In this document: positions 26,936 through 34,792 of the stretch, piece by piece
Numbering within the stretch: position 1 is the first letter of the stretch
How the letters are laid out: each line of letters opens with the position of its first letter
IMG/VR virus record: IMGVR_UViG_3300043443_000226
DNA: 64,000 nucleotides
Source of the DNA: an uncultured virus (IMG/VR IMGVR_UViG_3300043443_000226)
Taxonomy: Duplodnaviria > Heunggongvirae > Uroviricota > Caudoviricetes
Reading direction: 5' to 3' (one strand)
Notes under the pieces: model-generated
Databases searched by the model: none
What the model was told of the DNA's origin: nothing
The model's input: only the letters and a program-made list of their open reading frames with translations
Position numbers and translations under genes: made by a program

Positions 26936-27253
26936 TTAAGCTGCCCAAGGAAGTGGTGTGTTTTGCGGGGAAACGGGAGGCGAAATCAAGCTGTCGATCT
27001 GGCCTTGCACACACGCCTGTGCGCTGTCAATCTGGCTTTGTGGAATCCAGCCAAGCACAATCTCTGGCGTGAGGCTTGCATAGGGTATGAATGGCCCTTG
27101 CTGGTCAGCGGAGTTGAATGTCGTATTGCCGCCGATGGATGCGGTGTATTGACCGTCTACTCCTTGTACTTCCCAAAGGACGTTGACAACGTATCCGAAA
27201 TCAGGAGTGTCTAAGGTGTACATCGACTGAATGGTGGTGGTGAATTGGGTCAT
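26936..27253 (-). CDS. Fibre-associated protein (105 aa)
   Basis: FIPYASLTPEIVLGW...PLPW; directly after the tail fibre gene. Confidence 0.75.
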   Translation of the reverse strand: MTQFTTTIQSMYTLDTPDFGYVVNVLWEVQGVDGQYTASIGGNTTFNSADQQGPFIPYASLTPEIVLGWIPQSQIDSAQACVQGQIDSLISPPVSPQNTPLPWAA

Positions 27254-27254
27254 T

Positions 27255-28640
27255 TCAGTTTCCTTTCAATTGAGATTTGAGGCTTTCCACTTCCGCTGAG
27301 AGTTGTTTAACAGCATTGATAAGATGCCACACAAGAGGATCGGTGCTAACCGACAAAACGCCTGTGCTGTTCTCCGTGACGCACTCCGGCAGGACTTGTT
27401 GAATTTCCTGCGCGATAACACCTAACTGCACACCGTCCTTGTTAATTGCGGCGTGATCCGGCAACTCTGTGATTTCTTCCGGCTTACGATACTCAAAATT
27501 GCGAATGCGGATTTGTTTGATTTTCTCAAGGCCCACCGTGTTATCCACGATGTTTTTCTTAATGCGTTCGTCAGAAGTCGTTTCCCAAGTGGTGACGTTC
27601 TTTTCGTTGTATGCGCCGTTAGTGCCGCCAATAAAAGCAGTATCGTCGCCCTTGCCGGTCAAGCCCTGACCTACAACAGTTTGATCATTTCCGTTGTTTG
27701 CAGAGGGGTCAGATCCATCTCCGATGATTGTGTTTCTTGCGCCAGTTGTGATGACATCGCCAGCCTGATACCCCACAGCCGTGTTGTTGGAGGCGGTGGT
27801 GTTTGCATACAAAGCGTCCGCACCTACAGCCGTATTGGAGCTACCTGAACCATTAAAAGTTAAGGCCGCATTCCCAATACCTGTGTTGTTACTCCCAGTT
27901 GAGCTGTATAAGGCCCCATAACCAAGGGCAGAGTTGTTTGCTCCAGTTTGGTTTGTGATAAAGCTCAGAGCGCCAACGGCTGTGTTTTGGGAGCCACTCG
28001 TATTCGCCGCCAACGCACTCGCACCCACCGCAGTGTTGGTGGACACAGCGCCTGCGCCACGGCCTACGGTAAGACCATTAACGGAAGCATCTGCGCTGGT
28101 AGAAAATGTCGTGCCGTTATAAGTGACCGCACTCCCGCTCGTCGCTACCTTGGAGCCGTTGAGGTACAGGACTCCGTTGGCAGTGCCGCCGGAGAGGGTG
28201 ACGTTGCCTGATGCGGTTAGGGTGGTAAAAGCACCTGTAGTAGGTGTTGTAGCGCCTACAGTACCGTTAATATTAATAGAGGCAGTACCAGTAAGGTTGG
28301 TTACAGTACCGCTAGAAGGTGTACCTAAAGCACCGCCATTGACTACAGGAGCACCTGCGGAGCCTACATTGATTGCTAGAGCCGTTGCAACACCAGTTCC
28401 TAGGCCGGACACACCAGTGGAGATAGGAAGTCCTGTAGCATTAGTCAACACTGCTGCTGATGGTGTACCTAAGTTAGGTGTAACCAATGTAGGTGAGTTT
28501 AGATCTGCTTTAGTAGCAATAGCTGTAGCTATGTTATCAAACTCTGTGTTAAGCTCAGTGCCTTTTACAACCTTATTTGCATTACCACTTGGTAAGGAGT
28601 CTTTAGCAGCAAAGTTAGTGCTTTTGGTATAGTTAGACAC
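27255..28640 (-). CDS. Tail fibre/spike with C-terminal peptidase S74 intramolecular chaperone
   Basis: SNYTKSTNF anchor, GTPS repeats, NTAVG..AL repeats, SDERIKKNI...GVIAQE...coiled coil. Confidence 0.85.
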   Translation of the reverse strand: MSNYTKSTNFAAKDSLPSGNANKVVKGTELNTEFDNIATAIATKADLNSPTLVTPNLGTPSAAVLTNATGLPISTGVSGLGTGVATALAINVGSAGAPVVNGGALGTPSSGTVTNLTGTASININGTVGATTPTTGAFTTLTASGNVTLSGGTANGVLYLNGSKVATSGSAVTYNGTTFSTSADASVNGLTVGRGAGAVSTNTAVGASALAANTSGSQNTAVGALSFITNQTGANNSALGYGALYSSTGSNNTGIGNAALTFNGSGSSNTAVGADALYANTTASNNTAVGYQAGDVITTGARNTIIGDGSDPSANNGNDQTVVGQGLTGKGDDTAFIGGTNGAYNEKNVTTWETTSDERIKKNIVDNTVGLEKIKQIRIRNFEYRKPEEITELPDHAAINKDGVQLGVIAQEIQQVLPECVTENSTGVLSVSTDPLVWHLINAVKQLSAEVESLKSQLKGN

Positions 28641-28642
28641 AA

Positions 28643-28804
28643 TCAATCCTCTTTAGTTGACTTTGTGACCTTAACTTTACTTTCTTGTTTCTTATCTTCT
28701 TCTTTTACTTCTTCATAGTCTGGATGCCTACGCATCTGTTCAATGTCGTATTCGTATTCAACATTCATTAAGTTGTTTGACCATTTGCATCTAAAAGTGA
28801 CCAT
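28643..28804 (-). CDS. 53-aa hypothetical protein
   Basis: MVTFRCKWSNN...DIEQMRRHPDYEEV; GAGG RBS. Confidence 0.7.
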   Translation of the reverse strand: MVTFRCKWSNNLMNVEYEYDIEQMRRHPDYEEVKEEDKKQESKVKVTKSTKED

Positions 28805-28821
28805 AGTAACCTCTTTATATG

Positions 28822-28849
28822 AAAGAGGCTGCCGAAGCAGCCCCTCTTT
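28822..28849 (-). terminator. Terminator after the major capsid gene
   Basis: Minus strand AAAGAGGGGCTGC-TTCG-GCAGCCTCTTT, cUUCGg loop. Confidence 0.75.
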
Positions 28850-28857
28850 AGCTTTTA

Positions 28858-29832
28858 TTAGCTAGGGATGATCAAAGCAATACCAGCATCGTTACGAAGC
28901 TCTGCAACACCGTACAGCGTGTCAGCAGTGTACAGCGTAGCAAGATACTCTTGCTTGTACTGAGCCTGTGAGCGAACAGCCATTTGTTCTGCAAGAACCA
29001 TTGCATCCTTGTGGAACATCAAGCAAGCACGAGGAGCAGTACCGGAAGAAGCATAAGCAGTGTCAGCGTTGCTGCTAACAAACACTTTAACACCGTACAC
29101 ATCACCGATCTGACCGTTACGGATGGTGTTGTTACCACCTTGCTCACCAACAAAGGCTTGTTCAGTGAAACGAGCAAGACCCATGAGGGTATTACGAGCA
29201 ACAGGAGGAATAACCAAGTAACGACCATCTTGAGGTACGTTAGCATCATCAAGACGCTGAATGGTACGACGAATAGCAGCATCAGTTAGTGCAGTTGCGT
29301 TACCAGCACCAGCACCACCAACGAAGGCTGTAGTACCATCACCACCGATGTAGGCAGTGGTTGTACCGGACACACTGTAGTCACCGGTAGCGCCAGCGGC
29401 ATGAGAGCCGTTGAAGAGACGACCGATCTGGATTAGATCAGAGTCAACCTGCGTAGCCAATGCATAACCAGCATCTTCAGTGTAGAAACGACGAAGAGAA
29501 GCAAGTGCTTGAACTTCGACGATATCCTCAATCAAACGTGAGTATTCGTAGTGCTTGTTAATAGTAACTTGCACTTCAGACTCAACGTTCGCCTGAATCG
29601 TAACAGCAGTGTTAGCTGCTTTAGCGAATGCTGCACCACGAGTGGGGCTAGGAATATGAAGCGTATCACCTTTCTTACCACGCATCGTCATCTTGTTGAC
29701 GAGGTTCGCCATAACAAGTGATTTCTTGTAAGAAGCGATGATTTCATCAGACCAAATCTCAGGTACAAATTTATCTGCGTTGGTCTTGTTTACAATGGAG
29801 GAACTACCTCCAGGATAAGCTGCTGAAGCCAT
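28858..29832 (-). CDS. Major capsid protein, phage A
   Basis: FVPEIWSDEI, KGDTLHIP, LDDANVPQDGR, DTLYG; follows the scaffold gene. Confidence 0.9.
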   Translation of the reverse strand: MASAAYPGGSSSIVNKTNADKFVPEIWSDEIIASYKKSLVMANLVNKMTMRGKKGDTLHIPSPTRGAAFAKAANTAVTIQANVESEVQVTINKHYEYSRLIEDIVEVQALASLRRFYTEDAGYALATQVDSDLIQIGRLFNGSHAAGATGDYSVSGTTTAYIGGDGTTAFVGGAGAGNATALTDAAIRRTIQRLDDANVPQDGRYLVIPPVARNTLMGLARFTEQAFVGEQGGNNTIRNGQIGDVYGVKVFVSSNADTAYASSGTAPRACLMFHKDAMVLAEQMAVRSQAQYKQEYLATLYTADTLYGVAELRNDAGIALIIPS

Positions 29833-29855
29833 TTTAATGTCCTTTAAATTTTAGG

Positions 29856-30638
29856 TTATCGGACCCTACCATCGCTATAAGCTGACATGATGTCATCTTG
29901 TAATGCCATATAACGTTCAGGGTCAGTCATTTGAAGTCGAATAAGATCTGCTCGACGATAAATTTTCTTGCTCGTCTCACCAGTAGCGCCATCAACTGCT
30001 ACAGTAGCTGCTTTGAGTGTTTGATTACGTTGTTCCTGAAGTTGTTGTGCTGCTTGCTGAACAGTGTCCTGTTTAGCTTTCTTCAATGCTTTGAAGTTAG
30101 ACAACAACTCATTAGCGGAATCGAAATCAAACTGTTTGTCTGCTGCTACGTACAATCTTTGACGTACAGGTGACTCATTTACCCATGAAGCAAACTCAGG
30201 ATCAGCAATGACTTGAGTATAATCAGGGTGTGATTGAGCTAGCCTGTTTGCTGTTTGCATCCTAGCCATCTGTGTTGCAGCCTGTTGAGCCTGAACAACT
30301 GCTGGATGGGATTCAACTGCTTTATTAACTGCCTTAACAGGATCGGCAAAAAAGTCAGTATCATCTTCGATAGCTTTAGCAGGTTGATCCTGCGGTGTGA
30401 TTTGCCTTTTGATGAGTTCATCAGCTAACTTACGAACTTCTCCAACTTCTTGTGCTTGACGACCAATTAGCTTTTCAGCTTCTTGATGCATCCTTATGAT
30501 GTCATCTAACGATTTACCCTTATACTTCTCAGGGATCGTAGGTTCTTCCTGAGTTGGTGCTGCTTCAGCTTTAGCCTCTACAGCTTGAAATTCATCGTTA
30601 CCTACTTCATCATCTAGAGATTCTACAAATTCAGCCAT
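29856..30638 (-). CDS. Capsid scaffolding protein, phage A
   Basis: PEKYKGKS...HQEAEKLIGRQ; C-terminal AYSDGRVR. Confidence 0.85.
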   Translation of the reverse strand: MAEFVESLDDEVGNDEFQAVEAKAEAAPTQEEPTIPEKYKGKSLDDIIRMHQEAEKLIGRQAQEVGEVRKLADELIKRQITPQDQPAKAIEDDTDFFADPVKAVNKAVESHPAVVQAQQAATQMARMQTANRLAQSHPDYTQVIADPEFASWVNESPVRQRLYVAADKQFDFDSANELLSNFKALKKAKQDTVQQAAQQLQEQRNQTLKAATVAVDGATGETSKKIYRRADLIRLQMTDPERYMALQDDIMSAYSDGRVR

Positions 30639-30693
30639 CTGCTTCTCCTAGTCGGGTATAACCCAATTGTTAGGAATTAAAAAGAAATCTAAG

Positions 30694-30933
30694 TTATCCC
30701 TCATAATAGGACTTAGACTTTGCTACGTTTACTGCTTGTTCATGCATCGTTGCCCATCGATCAGAAGCTGTTGGAAAAGCACCAGTGATGCCTTCTAGTT
30801 TGCTTCTAGGAGATGCTAATTGTCTTTGTGCTAACAAGTCACAGTGTGGGCATTGTATTTCTTTAACATAGTGATCTGTGTATCTTTCAGTAACATGTCC
30901 GTTAGCACACTCAAAATCATTCAGTATCCTCAT
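30694..30933 (-). CDS. FmdB-like Zn-ribbon protein
   Basis: DFECANGH...CPHC. Confidence 0.75.
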   Translation of the reverse strand: MRILNDFECANGHVTERYTDHYVKEIQCPHCDLLAQRQLASPRSKLEGITGAFPTASDRWATMHEQAVNVAKSKSYYEG

Positions 30934-31162
30934 TCGTTAAATCCTCATAGGCTTTTTCCCAAACAGTATGCATCGTTAGGAGCCAATCTAAAGCTTTTAG
31001 TTGACCTTTACGTTCTTGTAGTTCTTCTCCACTAGAGATAGTGGTTATGTCCGCTACTGCGTCTCTGTACTCTTTAGCGTCTTCCAGCAGGGTTTTCCAT
31101 CCTGGGTGACTCATAAGGTCGAAACGCTCTTCATAGTACTTTAGTAACTTAGTAGTATCCAT
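30917..31162 (-). CDS. Conserved head-module protein (81 aa)
   Basis: YYEERFDLMSHPGWKTL...RKGQL. Confidence 0.8.
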   Translation of the reverse strand: MDTTKLLKYYEERFDLMSHPGWKTLLEDAKEYRDAVADITTISSGEELQERKGQLKALDWLLTMHTVWEKAYEDLTNEDTE

Positions 31163-31169
31163 TGTTGTT

Positions 31170-31199
31170 ATTTTACCACAGTAAAAATATTGTTGTAAA
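31170..31199 (-). promoter_or_regulatory. Late promoter for the head operon (probably leaderless)
   Basis: TTTACA-N18-TAAAAT with TG; ATG 7 nt after the -10 box. Confidence 0.65.
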
Positions 31200-31204
31200 G
31201 AGCC

Positions 31205-31233
31205 TTGACTACGTAAGTAAAACGTGTTACAAT
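31205..31233 (+). promoter_or_regulatory. Promoter of the endonuclease gene
   Basis: TTGACT-N17-TACAAT with extended TG. Confidence 0.7.
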
Positions 31234-31252
31234 AACCCTTTCGGGAGACTCT

Positions 31253-31831
31253 ATGAAATCAATGCACTTTGCTAAAAGTAAACTAACACCAGAGGAAAGA
31301 CTAGATCTTGTTTGTCGTTTAGTTCTTCTAGGTAAACAAACTGATGAAATCAGGGTTGATTTAGGTAATGTCAGTCGTCAACGAGTACATCAGTTATTTA
31401 ACAAGTTAGTGTCTTTAGGTAGGCTTACGTACGAACAATTACCTAGGCAGGCTACGTTACTGAAGAGACGATCTAGTTACAAACAAAAGTGGGGACATTT
31501 CCCTGAAGAATCTTATGTTCGTGCCGATGAGTTCTACCAGATCATTAGAGAGAAGTTCAGACGTAAGAAAGCATCTAACTACAAACATGATTGGGATATA
31601 GAGTTCAATGACCTAACATTTCCTACCCATTGTCCGATATTAGGTATTGAGTTAGACTACTTAGCTAATTTCCGTTCAGACAACTCTCCAAGTTTTGATA
31701 GGATTGATTCCTCTAAAGGATACGTCAAAGGAAACGTAGTTATCTTATCCTGGAGAGCTAACCGTATTAAGAATGACGGTACTGCTGAAGAACATCAAAA
31801 GATAGCAGACTTTATGCGATCTGTGATGTAG
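31253..31831 (+). CDS. HTH + His-Me-finger (HNH-like) endonuclease, free-standing
   Basis: GNVSRQRVHQL HTH; CPILG...SPSFDRIDSSKGYVKGNVVILSWRANRIKND. Confidence 0.8.
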   Translation: MKSMHFAKSKLTPEERLDLVCRLVLLGKQTDEIRVDLGNVSRQRVHQLFNKLVSLGRLTYEQLPRQATLLKRRSSYKQKWGHFPEESYVRADEFYQIIREKFRRKKASNYKHDWDIEFNDLTFPTHCPILGIELDYLANFRSDNSPSFDRIDSSKGYVKGNVVILSWRANRIKNDGTAEEHQKIADFMRSVM

Positions 31832-32120
31832 TAAACATAGTTACCTGATCTGTAGTCAGTATTGTAGGTAGATCTATAGGCTCTATAGTCTCTACATTAC
31901 CCCAAACACTCTCTACCCAAGACCTGTCTGCATGGTTCCAGTTCCACTGCCATCCTACCCTGTCTGCTGGCTTAGGGTCACGTATCAGCCATTCCCAGTT
32001 TAGCCATACCAGTTCTTTACCATCAGGGATGTCTGTCGGAGGCGAAGGAGCCGGTTGCCAGCCTTCAGTACCATCAGTTTCAGTGCTTGGGATAGACCCG
32101 TTCTTTGTCCAGTATTGCAT
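31812..32120 (-). CDS. Trp/Pro-rich small protein (102 aa)
   Basis: AGGA RBS; follows the lectin gene; overlaps the endonuclease 3' end by 20 bp. Confidence 0.7.
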   Translation of the reverse strand: MQYWTKNGSIPSTETDGTEGWQPAPSPPTDIPDGKELVWLNWEWLIRDPKPADRVGWQWNWNHADRSWVESVWGNVETIEPIDLPTILTTDQVTMFTTSQIA

Positions 32121-32129
32121 GGTCTAGTC

Positions 32130-34115
32130 CTATAGGGTTGGGAAGGCTGCTGTTGGCGCAGTGAAGTTAGCTGTGTAGCGAGCGTAGTTAGTCACCCTAA
32201 CATCCTGCATATACGCATTAGCAGCACTTCCACCTGTTCTATCTGCACCAACGTACATTGAATTGGTTTGATTAAAGTCTGTGCTTACCGTACCTGTCCC
32301 GTCATTGGTTCCGTTGATGTAAATCTTCGTCTGATTGGTGCTTGTACCTTCCCTCACCACAGCAATATGCGTCCACGTTGTTGCGGACACCGTACCTGTA
32401 GATGTAATCGTAGAAGAACCGTAAGTAAATACAACCTGATTACTACTGTTTAGCGATAAAAGCCATCCCGTTGTTCCTGTACCTTTGCCGATAAGGCCAT
32501 AGGTTCCTGATGAGTTTCTGTATACCCACCCTTCAACCGTAAAGTTTCCTGTACCTATACGCTGTATTGGTTGATCTGGAATAAGCAGCCAATCCCCCGT
32601 CCCATCAAAGTACATAGAGCTACCACCCCACTTGCTCTGCGCCGTACTTATCTGAGCATTGCCCACCGTCTCCAAGTCATTCTTAGACGTAGCGTCATAG
32701 ATACCGGCGTTGGTGAAGTTGAGGAGGAGGCTAGTGTTGGTTGTGTTTGTGGGTGGTGCTGTTGGAATTGTGATTGAAGTTGACGCAGGGTCATAAACAG
32801 CTGTGCCTTTAACCATCTTAAATCCGCTGACGTAGCCGTTCCAATCCGAATCACCAGATAAATTACTTCGGCCAAGATTAAATACTTCGGACGTGCCGCC
32901 ATCCACAGCCGATGAGTTGCTAGCGATATACGCTTCTCTTGTGCCATTGACCCACAACGCCCATGCGTTACCAGATCGGGCAATGGCAACGTGCATCCAT
33001 TGGTTGTTGTTGAACGTGCTAGTTGATACCAGCATATCGCCGCCGTAATTATTTGTTGCCAACACAAACTTGTTTACGTTTGCCGGTACAGACGTTGCCA
33101 TGATCCAACGATTTGCCGCCCATGATCCTCCTGTTCCATTTCCGGCTAATCGCGTTCCCGTTCCATTTGCACCGGAATACAACCACATCTCAATCGTAAA
33201 GTTCCCAGAGCCAAGCGCAAATGCAGCGTTACTAGCAGTAGCAAGGTAATCCCCATTCCCATCAAAATACCCACTCCCACCATAAGTCGCAGCACTCCAG
33301 CTTGCAGTGGGGTTGAATGGGGAGAAGGCGACTACGGAAGGCGTTCCAGTTATCGTTAAAGCAAGTCCGTTGACGCCTTGATCTAAAAACCTATTTGTGT
33401 TCCCAAGTAAAAATACTGTGTTCGCGTCTTGGGTATATGCGCTTGTCGGCGTAGAAGAAATTGTTCTTGCTACATTTGAAACGCGCAAATTAGATATATA
33501 ACCATCAGCCCAACTAGTCCCTGATGTTGCGTTTCTTCCTGCTATTAGTTGAAAAGCAGAATAATTTGTTGAGCTTGCTGTTGTGCTTCCTACCGCAGAT
33601 CCATTCAAATAAAATGTCAAAGACCCGCCGCTTCTTACCAATGCGATATAAAGCCAAGTGTTTTTGCTTATAGTTGTTGTTCTGGTTATTCCTGATGTCC
33701 CATCGTAAAAACCAATGGTTGTGGCATTTACGTACAAATTGAAATTGTTACTAGACGAACCTGTTATTTGAAATTCCGAAGATGATCCTGACCAATAAAT
33801 CTGAGCTTCAATAGTGTAGTTGCCTGTACCAAAAGCAAAACCAGAGGAGCTTGCAGAAGTAATTGCATCCGTTCCTGTCTTAAAATAATTCCCCCACCCA
33901 GTCTGTGAGAACGGGCTAAACGTACCCTGTGTCGTGTTTCCGTTGCGGGTGATGGTGAAGTTATTGGTAGAACCGTCTAAGAACGTATTGTTCTGTGCGC
34001 CATTCGTACCGTTGCCAGGAAGCAGTAGCGTGGTGTATTCAAAGTAGTCGTCGGTGACCACTGCGGCGCCACCAGAGAACGCCGCTGCAATTGCCGCTGT
34101 AAGTGCGCCAGCCAT
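32130..34115 (-). CDS. Virion protein with three LamG/ConA-like lectin domains
   Basis: Three repeats of G..(N/Y)(F/Y)TIE.W...W.H.A..R......Y.NG...GY....R. Confidence 0.85.
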   Translation of the reverse strand: MAGALTAAIAAAFSGGAAVVTDDYFEYTTLLLPGNGTNGAQNNTFLDGSTNNFTITRNGNTTQGTFSPFSQTGWGNYFKTGTDAITSASSSGFAFGTGNYTIEAQIYWSGSSSEFQITGSSSNNFNLYVNATTIGFYDGTSGITRTTTISKNTWLYIALVRSGGSLTFYLNGSAVGSTTASSTNYSAFQLIAGRNATSGTSWADGYISNLRVSNVARTISSTPTSAYTQDANTVFLLGNTNRFLDQGVNGLALTITGTPSVVAFSPFNPTASWSAATYGGSGYFDGNGDYLATASNAAFALGSGNFTIEMWLYSGANGTGTRLAGNGTGGSWAANRWIMATSVPANVNKFVLATNNYGGDMLVSTSTFNNNQWMHVAIARSGNAWALWVNGTREAYIASNSSAVDGGTSEVFNLGRSNLSGDSDWNGYVSGFKMVKGTAVYDPASTSITIPTAPPTNTTNTSLLLNFTNAGIYDATSKNDLETVGNAQISTAQSKWGGSSMYFDGTGDWLLIPDQPIQRIGTGNFTVEGWVYRNSSGTYGLIGKGTGTTGWLLSLNSSNQVVFTYGSSTITSTGTVSATTWTHIAVVREGTSTNQTKIYINGTNDGTGTVSTDFNQTNSMYVGADRTGGSAANAYMQDVRVTNYARYTANFTAPTAAFPTL

Positions 34116-34783
34116 TAGGTTACCCCCGCTCCAGAAACATACCAAGTATCGGTTGCAACCTTTAACATCGTCGCCATCCCTTTTGTCGCCACCGTCCTGT
34201 TACCTGTTGTACCGTTAGCTAACTGAAACGTCACGCCAGCACCAGAGATCGTTAGGTTTCCAGAGTTGTTATTGACCACAAGAATCACTGTCCCTACGTC
34301 AATAGCAGTTGTCGAGTTAGTGTTTACTGTAAGCGTTGCAGTCGAACCACCCGTGAAGTAAATGTGCTTGCCTGCGTCACTTGCCGCTACGGTCGTGTTC
34401 GTGCTTTGTGGCGCACCAATGTAGCCAACCTTGTTTGTACCATCTACCGTACAACTAGAAAGCGTCCCAGAAGATGGTGTACCTAAAGCACCATTAAGCG
34501 GCACTGCACCGATGGTGTTGTAGCTAATTGTTCTGGCCGCAGACCCGTTAAACGTCGTTCCTGATGCGTCACCAGAACCACCGTTGTTCATGGTCAACGC
34601 ATTGCTTGTCGTACCGCCTACCGTGGCAAAACTAAGCGTCCCTGAACCATCAGTAACTAATCCTTGCCCGTTCGTTCCATCCGTACCAGGAAGCGTGAAC
34701 GTCGTGTTAGAAGATGTGTTGGCAGACTGAAACGTTGTCGTCCCAGTGCCACTTGCATTACCTTGGAATTTGATCTTACTCAT
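34115..34783 (-). CDS. Fibre-related structural protein (222 aa)
   Basis: TFTLPGTDGTNGQGLVTDGSGTLSF and GALGTPSSGTL motifs. Confidence 0.7.
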   Translation of the reverse strand: MSKIKFQGNASGTGTTTFQSANTSSNTTFTLPGTDGTNGQGLVTDGSGTLSFATVGGTTSNALTMNNGGSGDASGTTFNGSAARTISYNTIGAVPLNGALGTPSSGTLSSCTVDGTNKVGYIGAPQSTNTTVAASDAGKHIYFTGGSTATLTVNTNSTTAIDVGTVILVVNNNSGNLTISGAGVTFQLANGTTGNRTVATKGMATMLKVATDTWYVSGAGVT

Positions 34784-34792
34784 CTCGCTTCC

